Positions 44,243 to 56,114 of a DNA stretch of 64,000 nucleotides are shown piece by piece (the first letter of the stretch is position 1; every line of letters begins with the position of its first letter). The notes beneath the pieces are model-generated. The model had not been told where the DNA came from, did no database searches, and worked only from the letters and a program-made list of their open reading frames with translations. Location: NCBI GenBank assembly GCA_037447605.1, contig CM074821.1:620001-684000 (forward strand), written 5' to 3'. Position numbers and translations under genes: made by a program. The DNA is from Zygnema circumcarinatum SAG 698-1b (Eukaryota > Plantae > Zygnematophyceae).

Positions 44243-45986
44243 CAGGAGAACAAGGCCTCTCCATGCAGCTCCGTTCGCCGTTAGCCGTTAAACTGCTGCC
44301 AGGCGCACAAGGAACCGTCCACGTCAGCTGCGGGCGGCCCGGCGGGCGGCGGCCCCCTTCAGGCGGCGGCCCTTCCCCGTCCGTACGGCGTCGCCTAAAG
44401 AGGCAGGCAGCCATGGACCGAGTCCTTCCTCCTTCACAGCTTCTTCTTCTTCTTCTTCTTCTTCTTCTTCTGGTTCATCTTCGGAGGACTCCTATTCTTT
44501 CCCAGACATCATGTTGGACAAGCGCAAGCATCCAACACTTGAGATCAGCACTTAATGCACAACACACTCATGCCAAAAGATTTTTATCTCGAAAGAGACC
44601 TGGAGCATAAGCATCCTATGCTTTTCTCTCAAGGCTCCGGTTATTAAAATCTCAGAATACTGTAACCTTATACAGTTCCTTCCTAAAACCCTGCCGCCAA
44701 CAATAACATGATCGAACAACATGATAAGGGATTGACAACTCTTTGCTACTATCCCATCAAGTGTCCATTGATCAATCCAAGCAAGAACATTTGCGGTGAC
44801 CTTCGCGGCTGCTTCTAGGGGCTGCGTTGTTGTGCCTAGGCGTAGGTTTCCGCTCCTAGCTTCGTTTTATTGTGTTTCGGTCCTTTGCGACCAGTCTTTC
44901 GTGGTTCCACATTTTGCCTTTGTCCATGTACATTTGATGGCCTCTCCATCGCGAGTTCAATGGAAGTTCCTCCCCTTTGCAGGAGTCCTTCTAGCGGACA
45001 CAAATGAACACGACAAGTGTGACTCTGTTCGTACAGTTTCGTACGTTGCCTCCATACAGTACAGTACAGTAAAAAATGTCCGTACAGCTCCATGTCTGAT
45101 TGTACGAGTCTCAACGGGGCGGGCGGGCGGGCGGGCCATCCTTCCCGTCACCAAATTTGACTCGCTCGTGACTTGTGCTGGCTCGGCCGCGAGCGGCGAC
45201 GGCGAGCCGAGCCAAAACGAGCCAAAACGAGCCAAAACGAGCAGTTCCCCCCTCCCTCCCCCTCCCCCTCGGGCCTCGCCGCAGCGAGCGAGTGAGTCGA
45301 ACATCAATGCGAGCGCCGCGCGAGTCGGCTTTGGACTGGCGAGGTCTGGGCCGTTTGGCATAGGCTAGCCCTCCCGATGGGTGGGCGCACAGGCCACGGC
45401 CGGCCGTGCTCCCGTGCCTGTGCTCGTACCGGAAACTCCCCTCGCGGGAGTTTTGACCGTTGGATCGGGCGATTTCGGGTCACTGAACGTTGGATATGTC
45501 ACGTGGACACTTATGAGATTCTGGCCGTTGGATATGCCACGTGATAGATTCGGCTCATACGCCAACGCTCGCGATGGCGCACTTTTGGCCGTTGTTCACG
45601 CTTGACCGGGGTTGGTTCTATGCGGGCCAAGGCCCATGGAGACACCGGCGGCGCGGAATGCAGGACCATGCAAACCCGGACAAGCACGTTGACTCTCGTA
45701 GACCCTCGGGGAGAGGGAGGGAGAGAGAGAGAGAGAGACAAGGGGAGAGGGATAGAGCAGAGACGAGGGTAGAGGGAGAGGGAGAGGGAGAGGGAGGGAG
45801 GGAGGGAGGTTTCCAGAACGGATGTTTTTCAGTGAACTGGTCTTCGTGGAACATTTTCTTTGCAAAGGAATCATGATGATAATTCATATTGAATGTTTTC
45901 CTAAGGCAGATTGTGCTTAGAAGCCTGCAGCGGAGGCCTAGCGATACTTTTCAACAGCGCGCGCTTTTTGGTGCTTCGGCTCATTA

Positions 45987-48018
45987 ATGGCTCGAAAATT
46001 CAATCAGTTTAAGCTTAGTTTTCAGTTCTTTTTGGCCTTCTCTCTCATCGCATCTATCCTCTCCTCGGCAAACGGCGGGCCAATCTATACACATCCTGAT
46101 GATGGTGCGTGGAACCACTTCAAACATGCGCATCGGTCCCAACAATTCCATGAGCTGCTGGATCTATGTCTATCCCATTCGCCGTATTTTACCCTAAAAA
46201 TATATGCTGCTGAATGTGAAACCTAATTTCCCTTCGGAATGTTGCAGAGGTCCCAAAGAATCATTTCATATCTGCATCACCCTATGGGTGCGTGCGCAAA
46301 CGGTTCTACCATTGCAGTGTGAGCATTACTTAGTAGTTTAATTTACAGATTCAACTTTAGTTCTCTTTTGCAGAAGCTGCTCTGCAGGCTCAATACGACG
46401 CGCTCTCCGCCCCCCACCCCGCCATGGCGAGCACATGGGGCAAAGGGGGAAACCCATGCGGAAATAACTGGGCTGGGGTTTCATGCGGCCCCACCGACCA
46501 ATTTGGAATTAGCCGAGTCACGCAGTTGTGAGAAGTTTACTCCAATGATCTTGATGCTAACTTGTGGTTTGTAAATCTGGTTCTAAGCACCATTACAGTG
46601 ATAATATTGTAACCGAATGCATAAATCGTTTAAGCACTTTGATGGCGTGCAAATTGTCCATCGGACTCTAATGCAGGGATCCGTTAAAGCGTTTTTCAAT
46701 AGTAATGTTAAGTAACGTCAACATTTTACTCGAGCAGATTTGACGTATTTGTTTATGCCGTTCATCGGATGATGCAGGCGACTGAGCAACCTGGGACTTC
46801 AAGGCCGCCTTGTTGCAGATCTTGGCACCATGGAGTCTCTCACACTGCTGTACGCCTCCCCCTCCCTCCCTCCCTCCCTCCCTCCCTCACTCCCTCCCTC
46901 NNNNNNNNNNCCTTCCACTCTCTTTTTCTGGTCTTTTCTTCACTCTCGCTTTCTCGAAATTGTGCCGATACCTCTTTGTTTGATAGGACAAATGATAATA
47001 TTTGGCTGAACCGCGTTCTTCACTTAGAAGAGTTTCAGCCATTTTCCGGCCTACCTACACCATGGAAGCTCTCACTTTTGTCAGTCCCGTCAAAATTTAA
47101 AGTGAAAAACTCTGCGCCCATGCAGTGACATGTCACTGAACAGAGGACTGTCCGGACCAATCGCACCGCTTTTGGGGAAATTGAAGCACCTCAGAAGTTT
47201 GTATGAGACCCGGCTTCTCTTTTCTTCTCGCATCACCTTCAAATTCTCAATTTTTCATATTTTCAAAATTTCTAATTATCAATTGCATCCCTAATCGCAT
47301 CCCTAATCTGAAAACTGAACCTTGTAGCAGAGTAAAAAAATTGAAATTCTGACCGATATTCACTGACACATGGGCCTATTGCTCTCCGTTTTCAGGAACT
47401 TACAGAGATGTTCCTTTACTGGACCGATCCCTTCTCAGTTGTCCAATCTCAGCAGTCTGCAGGTGCTTCAGTTAAACGGAAATCAGTTAACGGGCAGCAT
47501 TCCCATGGAACTCGGAAACCTGCAGTCCCTGTGGTGGTTTGATGTTTCGGACAATCTATTAAGCGGAACTATTCCAGTCAACAACGGTCTGAACAAACTT
47601 CCTTCTTTAAGGCACCTTCACTTGCAATACAATCGACTTGTTGGGAAGATTCCGGGGGAGTTGAGCGAAATTCCAAAGCTCAAACATATGTGAGTTTGTT
47701 GACATAATGGGGTATATGAAGCCACCCTACTGTTGACTTATCGTGCCAAAGTAAAAGGTGATATGTAGATATCTGGTTAGGGAAGTTTTCTTTTTCAACA
47801 TCATAGGATGGAAATGGACTTGTTTTTCTTTTCGTACTGTTATTTTGAGAGCAGAATTGCAGACAGAAATCGGCTCGAGGGGCCCCTTCCGCCCGAACTT
47901 GCAAATATTTCGACTTTGGAAATTCTGTAAGCTCACTTTCTCACCTCATTTTGAGCTCCATTCATTCTATTTCTACCAGCTCCCCTCCCCTCCCTCCCAC
48001 CCCCCTTCGCTCTTCTCT

Positions 48019-48054
<36 letters not shown>

Positions 48055-51000
48055 TCTCTGCTTTCCTTGTGCCTCTATCTCCAGGTATTCCAGAGGTCCA
48101 GCTCCATTTTAATCTTCTTTGAGTTCACTCATTGGGAAGTTAGGAGTTCTTTTTTTTATTTTATTTTTAAGGTTGGAGAGGTGGGGAGTGGTTGGCTTTA
48201 AATTTTTAGGTCCCTAAACAGAAACCGGTTGAACTCCAGCATCCCCTCTGCTTACACCAAACTTGAAAATCTCACAATACTGTAAGTACTGCTTCACCCT
48301 CATACCTTATAAAGCTTTATTTCTTCCTTTTCCTTACATATCCCTTCCGTGGTTTTTCTTAATTTGTTTTCCGAGGAATTTATGCAGATCTCTCGCAAGC
48401 AATCTCCTTACCGGACCCATACCGGACTTATCGAAAGCGACAAACCTTCAGAAGCTGTAAGTCTTAAGATTTCATTGATTGGTCGGCAGAAAAATTCTCT
48501 CTCAAATATTAACAACTCTGCCCCCATTTTTTTTTGACAGAGAAACACAGCTCTGCTTTTTGTTTACCATTTCTTTGGGACTTAGAAAAAAATAAAATTA
48601 GGGTGCATTTTTGCAGAGATCTGAGCGAGAACAAATTGGAGGGCTCTCTCCCCTTTGGCCTGGGCTCGAGTGCCGACAAAATCATCACTTTGTACGGTCG
48701 CTCCCTTTTTCCCTCGTGGTTTCATGGGGCCGGGAACATTATTGGAATGGAAATTTGCTTCTATGAGAGACGATAAACTGAAGCCCTTTCTCAACTCCTC
48801 CTTGTTGCCAACACTTTAGCTGAGTTTTGCGTTTTGAGTTTTTTGTTTGAGTTTGCTGCGGAGGGGGAGGGGGAGGGAGGGGGAGGGGGAGGGAAGAGGG
48901 AAGAGGGGGAGGGGGAGGGGGAGGGGGAGGGGGAGGGGGAGGGGGAGGGGGAGGGGGGAGGGGGAGGGGGAGGGGGAGGGGGAGGGGGAGGGGGAGGGGG
49001 AGGGGGAGGGGGAGGGAGGGGGAGGGAGGGGGGGAGGGGGGAGGGGGGAGGGGAGAGGGAAGAGGGGGAGGGGGAGGGAAGGGAGGGGGGGAGGGAGGGG
49101 GAGGGGGAGGGGGAGGGAGGGGGAGGGGAGGGGGAGGGAGGGGGGGAGGGGGAGGGGGAGGGGGAGGGGAGGGGAGGGGGAGGGGAGGGGAGGGGGAGGG
49201 AGGGGGAGGGGGAGGGGGAGGGAGGGGGGAGGGGGAGGGGAGGGAGGGGAGGGGGAGGGAGGGGGAGGGGGGAGGGGAGGGGAGGGGGAGGGGGAGGGGG
49301 AGGGGAGGGAGGAGAGGGGGGGAGGGGAGGGAGGGAGGAGGGGAGGGGGAGGGAGGGGGGAGGGGAGGGAGGGAGGGGAGGGGGTGGGAGGGGGGAGGGG
49401 GGAGGGGGAGGGGGAGGGGGAGGGGAGGGAGGGAGGGAGGGGAGGGGGGAGGGGGGAGGGGGAGGGGAGGGGAGGGGGAGGGGGAGGGGGAGGGAGGGGG
49501 AGGGGGAGGGGGAGGGGGAGGGGAGGGGGAGGGGAGGGAGGGGAGGGGGAGGGGAGGGGGGAGGGGAGGGAGGGAGGGGGAGGGGGAGGGAGGGGGAGGG
49601 GGAGGGGGGAGGGAGGAGAGGGAGAGGGAGGGGGAGGGAGGGGGAGGGGGAGGGGGAGGGGGAGGGAGGGGGAGGGGAGGGGAGGGGGAGGGGGAGGGGG
49701 GAGGGAGGGGGGGAGGGGGAGGGGGAGGGGAGGGAGGGAGGGAGGGAGGGAGGGGAGGGGGAGGGAGGGGGAGGGGAGGGGGAGGGGAGGGGAGGGGGGG
49801 AGGGAGGGGGGGAGGGGGAGGGGGAGGGGGAGGGGGAGGGGGAGGGGGAGGGAGGGGGGAGGGGGAGGGGAGGGAGGGAGGGAGGGGAGGGGGAGGGGAG
49901 GGAGGAGGGGAGGGGGAGGGGAGGGGGAGGGGGAGGGGGGAGGGGGAGGGGGAGGGGGGAGGGAGGGGGAGGGGGAGGGGGGAGGGGGGAGGGGAGAGGG
50001 GGAGGGGGAGGGGGAGGGGGAGGGGGGAGGGGGGAGGGGGAGGGGGGAGGGGGAGGGGGAGGGGGAGGGGGAGGGGGAGGGGGAAATTATGATTTGATAC
50101 TAAGTAGCAATTGTTTGGTTTTAGGAACCTCTCTCGGAACATTTTGACGGGCGAAATTCCCCCCCGCCTGGGCAGCATCCCCGGCCTGCAGGCTGTGTGA
50201 GGCAAAGAAGAAACCTTCATTCAAAAATTCAAGTGTAGGGCATGCGATTAAGGGCACAAATAAACCCTAATCACGAGTAGACACAACCTCGTGATATGGA
50301 AGAATAATGAGGGGTTATGCTATCGTTTAGTAAGCTTAAGCACTCGTGAAATTGAACTCAGTTATTTCTTAGTTTCAAAATTCAACTGGCATCATGTATG
50401 CATCCCTCCACGCATTCAAGGGCCATACATGAGTGCCACTATTGAACAGTTTTTAGGGTTTGACCGGTTTTGGCAGATCTCTGAGCCATAACAGGCTCTA
50501 TGGGACAGTCCCGGACACCTTCTCCTCCGCCTCCTCTCCCACCCTCGCTCTGCTCGACCTCTCTCACAACCAACTCACGGGGCCACTACCCTTCCCCCTC
50601 ACAACCCTAAATTCCACAAACTCTATCTTGTAAGCATCCACGATACGTCCCTCTCTCTCTCACACACATTCTCTCTCTCTCACACACACAATCTCTCCCT
50701 CTGTCTCACATACACAGACATCTCGCTCTCTCTCTCTCACTGTCTCCCTCTCACACACTCGTCCTCACTCTCTCCCTCTCTCTCTCACACATTCTCTCTC
50801 TCACACAGACACACAATCTCTCCCTCTGTCTCACACACACAGACATCTCGCTTTCTCTCTCTCTCACTGTCTCTCTCTCACACACACTCACTCTCTCCCT
50901 CTCTCTCACACACATTTTCTCTCTCACACAGACAATCTCTCCCTCTGTCTCACACACAGACATCTCGATCTCCCTCTCTCTCATACATACACTCGCCCTC

Positions 51001-54000
51001 TGTCTCTCCAGCTCTGTCTCACACACACATACATCTCGCTCTCTCTCTCTCACACACACATACACATACACTTCCTCTCTCTCTCACACACATACATCTC
51101 ACTCTCTCTCTCTCTCCTCACTACAGCTCCCCCCATTGTCCTCCAGTCTGGCAGAAAATCTCATCTGCGAGAACTCCTCCTCTCCAGAAATGGTCCGTTT
51201 CTGCCGAACCCCCACAGACTCAAGCCTCGTCAGCAGCCCTCCTCTGAATGCCACGTGTCCCGGAGTCACGTGTGCGCCGCCGTTCCACCCAAACCCCGCC
51301 GTACAAAATTTACGGAATTTGTGCACATGTGCCCTCCCCGTGCAAGTGAGCTTAGAGCTCTCGAGCCCCGCCTTCACATTTTTCACTGCGGAAATTGAAA
51401 ATGAAATTCAGCGCCAAATCACGGAAGGACTCGCTCTGAATTCCACTCAACAGGTGCGAACGAACCCACCACACATTTTCCTATACAAATACATTAAACA
51501 AAAAAAAAAAAAAAAACACATTTTCCTGTCAATATTTGAGTGCACCTCCCGATTTCAGCCCTGATATAAATTATTCCCATTTTTTTTTTTTTTTTTTTGA
51601 AGTAGTGCAGGTGGTCCTTGTTTCCGCCAACCTCTCTGAACCCCCCCGTCAGCGCATCGACATTTTCATATTTCCGCAGACAGAGGCTCCCTTCCAACGC
51701 TCCGACATTCGCCGCGTGACGTCACGCCTTACATCTCACAATTTGACAGAAAGTAGTGGTCGTTTTGGAACTCGTCCGTACTTGGGTCCGTACAGAATCA
51801 TCAGCTTGTATTACCCGCAATACCTCGCTGAATGTGAGTACCTCAATATAATAGATATATATGTATCTATATATATATTCTTTTTCTTTTTAGTTTTGTT
51901 TCCTTCTTTTACCCTTCGTTTGGGAATATTGTAAGCCGTATTTTCTTTTTATTTGGGGTGCAGTTTTTCCGCTCCCTCCTCCATCTCATTCGCGGAGGAG
52001 GCTGAAAGCAGGAGGAATTATTGCAATTGCGGCCGGAATTGTAGGGGCGCTGCTCTTAGGAATTCTCCTTGTGATTTTTCTCATATGTTTGAGACAAAGG
52101 AGGAGGCAAAAACGGAAGAAACTCATGATGGGTGAGATGGGAGGGAGGGGCTGCTCTCAGTTTCTCACCTCCTTTCTCCGCTGTTCCATGCATGAAACGG
52201 AAACGGAAAAGGAGCTCCATCCTCGAGATGCACCCTCTTTTACTTTCTAACGTTTCTTTTTGCACAAAAAACATCACACTCATTCCTTCTCCTTACACAG
52301 TAGACTCTACATTTTGCCCATTTTTTCATTTTTTTCATTTTTTTTTTGTTTTCGCAGACTCGCGCAACAGTGGGGTAGAGGGAGAGTTCGAGTCCGGGTC
52401 GCATGAGCAGAAAAACGTTCGCCTTTTTTCCTTCGCCGAATTGCAGCACGCGACAAACGGATTCGACCGCGCATGCACCATCGGACTCGGGGGATACGGA
52501 CAGGTGAGAGACCTGCGCATGGAACGGAAGTTCAGTTCAGTTTAGTTCAGTGCAGTACAGTGCAGTTAAGTTGAGTTGAGTTCAGTTCAGTTCAGTTCAG
52601 TGCAGTGCAGTTCAGTTCAGTTCAGTTCAGTTCATCGTAGTTCAGTTCAGTTCAGCGCAGTTCAGTTCAGTTCATCGTAGTTCAGTTCAGGTCAGTGCAG
52701 TTCAGTTAAGTCCAGTCCAGTTCAGTTCAGTTCAGTCCAGTTCAGTTCAGTTCAGTTCAGTGCAGTTCAGTTCAGTTCAGTGCAGTTCAGTTCAGTTCAG
52801 GTCAGTGCAGTTCAGTTAAGTCCAGTCCAGTTCAGTGAAGTTCAGTTCAGTGCAGTTCGGTTCAGTTCAGTTCAGTTCAGTTCAGTTCAGTCCAGTTCAG
52901 TCCAGTTCAGTCCAGTTCAGTCCAGTTCAGTCCAGTTCAGTCCAGTTCAGTTCAGCCAGCTTCAGTTGCACTTCGAAATTCTCTCACTGCTCACGATCAC
53001 TTGTCATCTTAAGCCACACTTCTAGTTGCTCATTTCTAATCTCCCCCTCCCCCTTCCTTTTTCTTTCCTTCTCCTTTTTTTTTTTTTTTTTTTTTTTTTA
53101 AATGTGAAGGTGTACAAGGGCGTGCTCGCGTCCGGTGAGATAGTGGCCGTGAAGCGCGCGCGGGCGGGCTCTAAGCAGGGAAGCAAAGAATTCCGGAACG
53201 AAATCGAACTGCTTTCGCGACTGCACCATAAAGTACCTTACTTACTACAAATCTGTCAACTCCCAAACCTTTTCAGAATCCGAAATTGACATTAGCTTCA
53301 CATGCATCTTTCAACGACGGTTTTTTGTTGTTTTTATGTCACAGAATTTGGTGACTCTTCGGGGATTCTGCGTAGAGCACGATGAACGAATTTTGGTGTA
53401 CCCATACATGCTTAATGGGAACATTCAAGCCCTGCTTGCAGAAGGTGGGGGAGCCGTACAATGTTGCTTTCTTTAACCCTAAAATCGCTATACCCTAATT
53501 CACACACTCCCTTCTCTTCCACTATTGGAGGAAAGCGATTTCTAGATAATAAGAGTAGAAAGCGAACATTTTTTTGGAACCATCACTTTCTCTGGTCCCA
53601 CTTTGTCCTTTCTTTTGCTTCTCCTGTCCCTCTTGCACATTTTCCTCGCCGTATTCACTCTGCCGTATCGTCGTATTCTCTCTCTTTTTTTTCCTTTTCT
53701 TCCCCTTCGTCTTCCTCTCTCTCAACCTCATCCCTTCTCTATCTAACTATTTCTTCACGCTCTTTTCCTCCTCTCTCACCTCTCGTTCCTCGTCCTTCAC
53801 CCTCTTCCCTCTCCTTTACCCTCTCTCCCTTTCTTTCCTCTCCCTTCATTCTCACCCCCCATCTCCTTCCTCACTTTTCCCTTTCCCTCCGTTCCCCTCG
53901 GTCCTCGGTCCTCCCTCTCTCTCTCTCATGATCCCCCTCGCCCACCTTGCGTCCCCCCTCCCTCTTCCTCTGTCCTTTTCCCTCTGTCGTCCCTCTCTCC

Positions 54001-55552
54001 CCCTCCGTCCTCCCTCTCTCTCCCTCTGTCCTCCCTCTCTCTCCCTCCGTCCTCCCTCCCTCTCCCTCTGTCCTTCGCCCTCTGTCGTCCCTCTCCCCCC
54101 TTCTGTCCTCCCTCCCTCTCCCTCTGTCCTCCCTCTCTCTCCCTCCGTCCTCCCTCCCTCTCCCTCTCTCCTTTTCCCTCTGTCGTCCCTCTCTTCCCCT
54201 CCGTCCTCCCTCTCTCTCCCTCTGTCCTCCCTCTCACTCCCTCCGTCCTCCCTCCGTCCTCCCTCCCTCTCCCTCTGTCCTTCTCCCTTTGTCTTCCCCC
54301 TCTCTCTCTCCCTCCTCCCTCCTACTCTCTCCCTCTGCCCTCTCCCAGGCCGGTGCGGGCGAGCCCTGAGTTGGCGCCGGCGAGTGGAGATCGCTGTGGG
54401 GTCAGCGGCGGGCCTCGCTTACCTTCACAACTTTGCCCATCCGCCCATCATCCACCGCGATGTCAAGGTTTTTAATATATGAATAATCAATCAATGATCA
54501 CACGATGCCTATTCTCTCTACGAATGATGATTAATGGTTCAAAAGCAAACAAACAATCAAACCAAATAAGCGAACAAAAGTGGGACCTTCGGCCTTTCAT
54601 CTCAGCTTAGCTAAATTTCCATTGCAAGACATAGTTCACGCTAAAGCATGAATGCATTTGCACCTGCTTGAGATGCAGTCCTCCAACATTCTGCTTGACG
54701 AGAAAATGGTCGCAAAAGTGGCGGACTTTGGCCTTAGTCGGCGCACCCCCGCCGCCGATGGCGGCTTTATGTCTCACGTCACAACACAGGTCAAAGGGAC
54801 GCTGGTGAGGGCACACCGCTGTCCACCCAGAGAGGGCAAAGAGGGAGAGGACTTGAGGGGGGGGGGAGGGGAGGGAGAGGGAGAAGAGGGAAGTACAGCT
54901 GGCCATGTTTTAAGCAAGTTTGATTCCTCCCTGATTGGTTGGAACAGGGGTATTTGGACCCTGACTACTACCACACGCAGCAGCTGACTGACAAGAGCGA
55001 CGTATACAGCTTCGGCATCGTCCTGCTTGAGCTCGTAACCGGCCTTCCGCCCATCTCCGAAGGCGACCACATCCTCACTCAGGCACTGCACACCGCCCCT
55101 ACACCCCTTTGAACCCAAAGCCTTCCCCCAAAAAAAGAAAGACCTTTTAAAAGAAACCCAACACAAAAAACTCATCAAACCCAAGACTATGTACCACTGT
55201 CTCAGCCGCTTTCCATCACCATGCATGGCCGCAGGTGAGAGAGCGCATTGCAAGGGGGGGGATCCGAGAAGTGGCGGATCCGTGCATGGGAGAGTATTCC
55301 CTTGACGGGGTTGCAGAGATCGTCCATCTCGCGCTGCGCTGTGCGGAGGAGAGAGCAGTGGAGAGGCCGAGCATGCGGGCGGTGCAGAAAGAGCTTGAGT
55401 TCGTGGCGGGGGGGGGCATGTACTGCACTCCCTCTGAGAGCGACGAGGAGGAGCTCTCCAATGTTGGGGTTGAAGCCCCGAGGAAGTCCATCGAAAAAAA
55501 GGATTTCGAGTATAGTGGAGAGATCGACTTTAGCGAGGTTCAGGCCCAATAG
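45987..55552 (+). CDS. LRR receptor-like kinase, LRR-VIII-1 (HPCA1/CARD1-like), paralog 2, intact RD kinase
   Basis: Signal peptide then YTHPDD, N-cap ([17 protein letters not shown]), 13 LRRs (46790-50628), ENLIC cap, CPGVTC...CTCALP, IDIFIFP...GPY juxtamembrane domain, [29 protein letters not shown], and kinase with [57 protein letters not shown] and [15 protein letters not shown]; stop at 55552. Confidence 0.95.
48860..50085 (+). repeat. ~1.2 kb almost pure G/A tract, (GGGGGA/GGGA)n, in LRR-RLK2 intron
   Basis: A single T seen (~49385); the tract lies between LRR exons ending ~48690 and starting ~50125. Confidence 0.95.
50650..51120 (+). repeat. Compound CT/CA low-complexity repeat in LRR-RLK2 intron
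   Basis: Recurring CTCTCTCACACACAGAC(ATCTC) units. Confidence 0.85.
52529..52965 (+). repeat. (CAGTT)n pentamer satellite in LRR-RLK2 kinase intron
   Basis: About 85 degenerate GTTCA units directly after the Gly-loop exon (donor at 52504). Confidence 0.95.
53880..54345 (+). repeat. C/T-rich degenerate ~21-bp minisatellite (CCCTCTCTCTCCCTCTGTCCT-like) in LRR-RLK2 intron
   Basis: Direct reading, upstream of the acceptor at ~54348. Confidence 0.8.
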
Positions 55553-56114
55553 ATTTCAACACTCTTGCCCTCTCGATCTCTCTCTCTCTCTCGTTCCATA
55601 TAACACATACAAATATGCACTCAGACGTCCCATGAAAGAACTGCAGTGTACGTTCGTTCCCATCCAGTATTCTTGCACAGTATGGTGGATGACTATGTTA
55701 CCAAGATCGGACTAAATCTTCCTCAGACTGTTTACGTGGGAAAGGAAAACCTAAGGTAAACGACGATGATATAACTGAATTTGCACTCAGGTAAAACTTG
55801 ACGGTCGTATTAACGCACACCAACATCAATGCCAAGTCCATCACTTTGGAACACGAGGCAATTGCAATATGAGAAAATAAGAAAAACATGTAGCGCCAGC
55901 AAAATGGAGGAACCTGCCACATGTGCCCAGGAAGGGCAGATGGAGCAGAGAAAGTCGTTTCACTTGCATCCGCGTACACAAGGGTGGGGAAAGGAGGAGA
56001 GTGGGAGAGCGAGAGAGGTGCGTCTGGGACAACAAAGCCGAAAAGCTTTCCCTTTCAATCTCTCTGCTCATCTCTCTTTATAAACAAGAGGACGAAGCAT
56101 CCCTATAGTAACGG

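Noticed and set aside
48739-50220. 416-493 aa Pro-rich or Gly-rich ORFs on both strands
   Set aside because: Artefacts of the purine tract within an LRR-RLK2 intron flanked by proper single-LRR exons.
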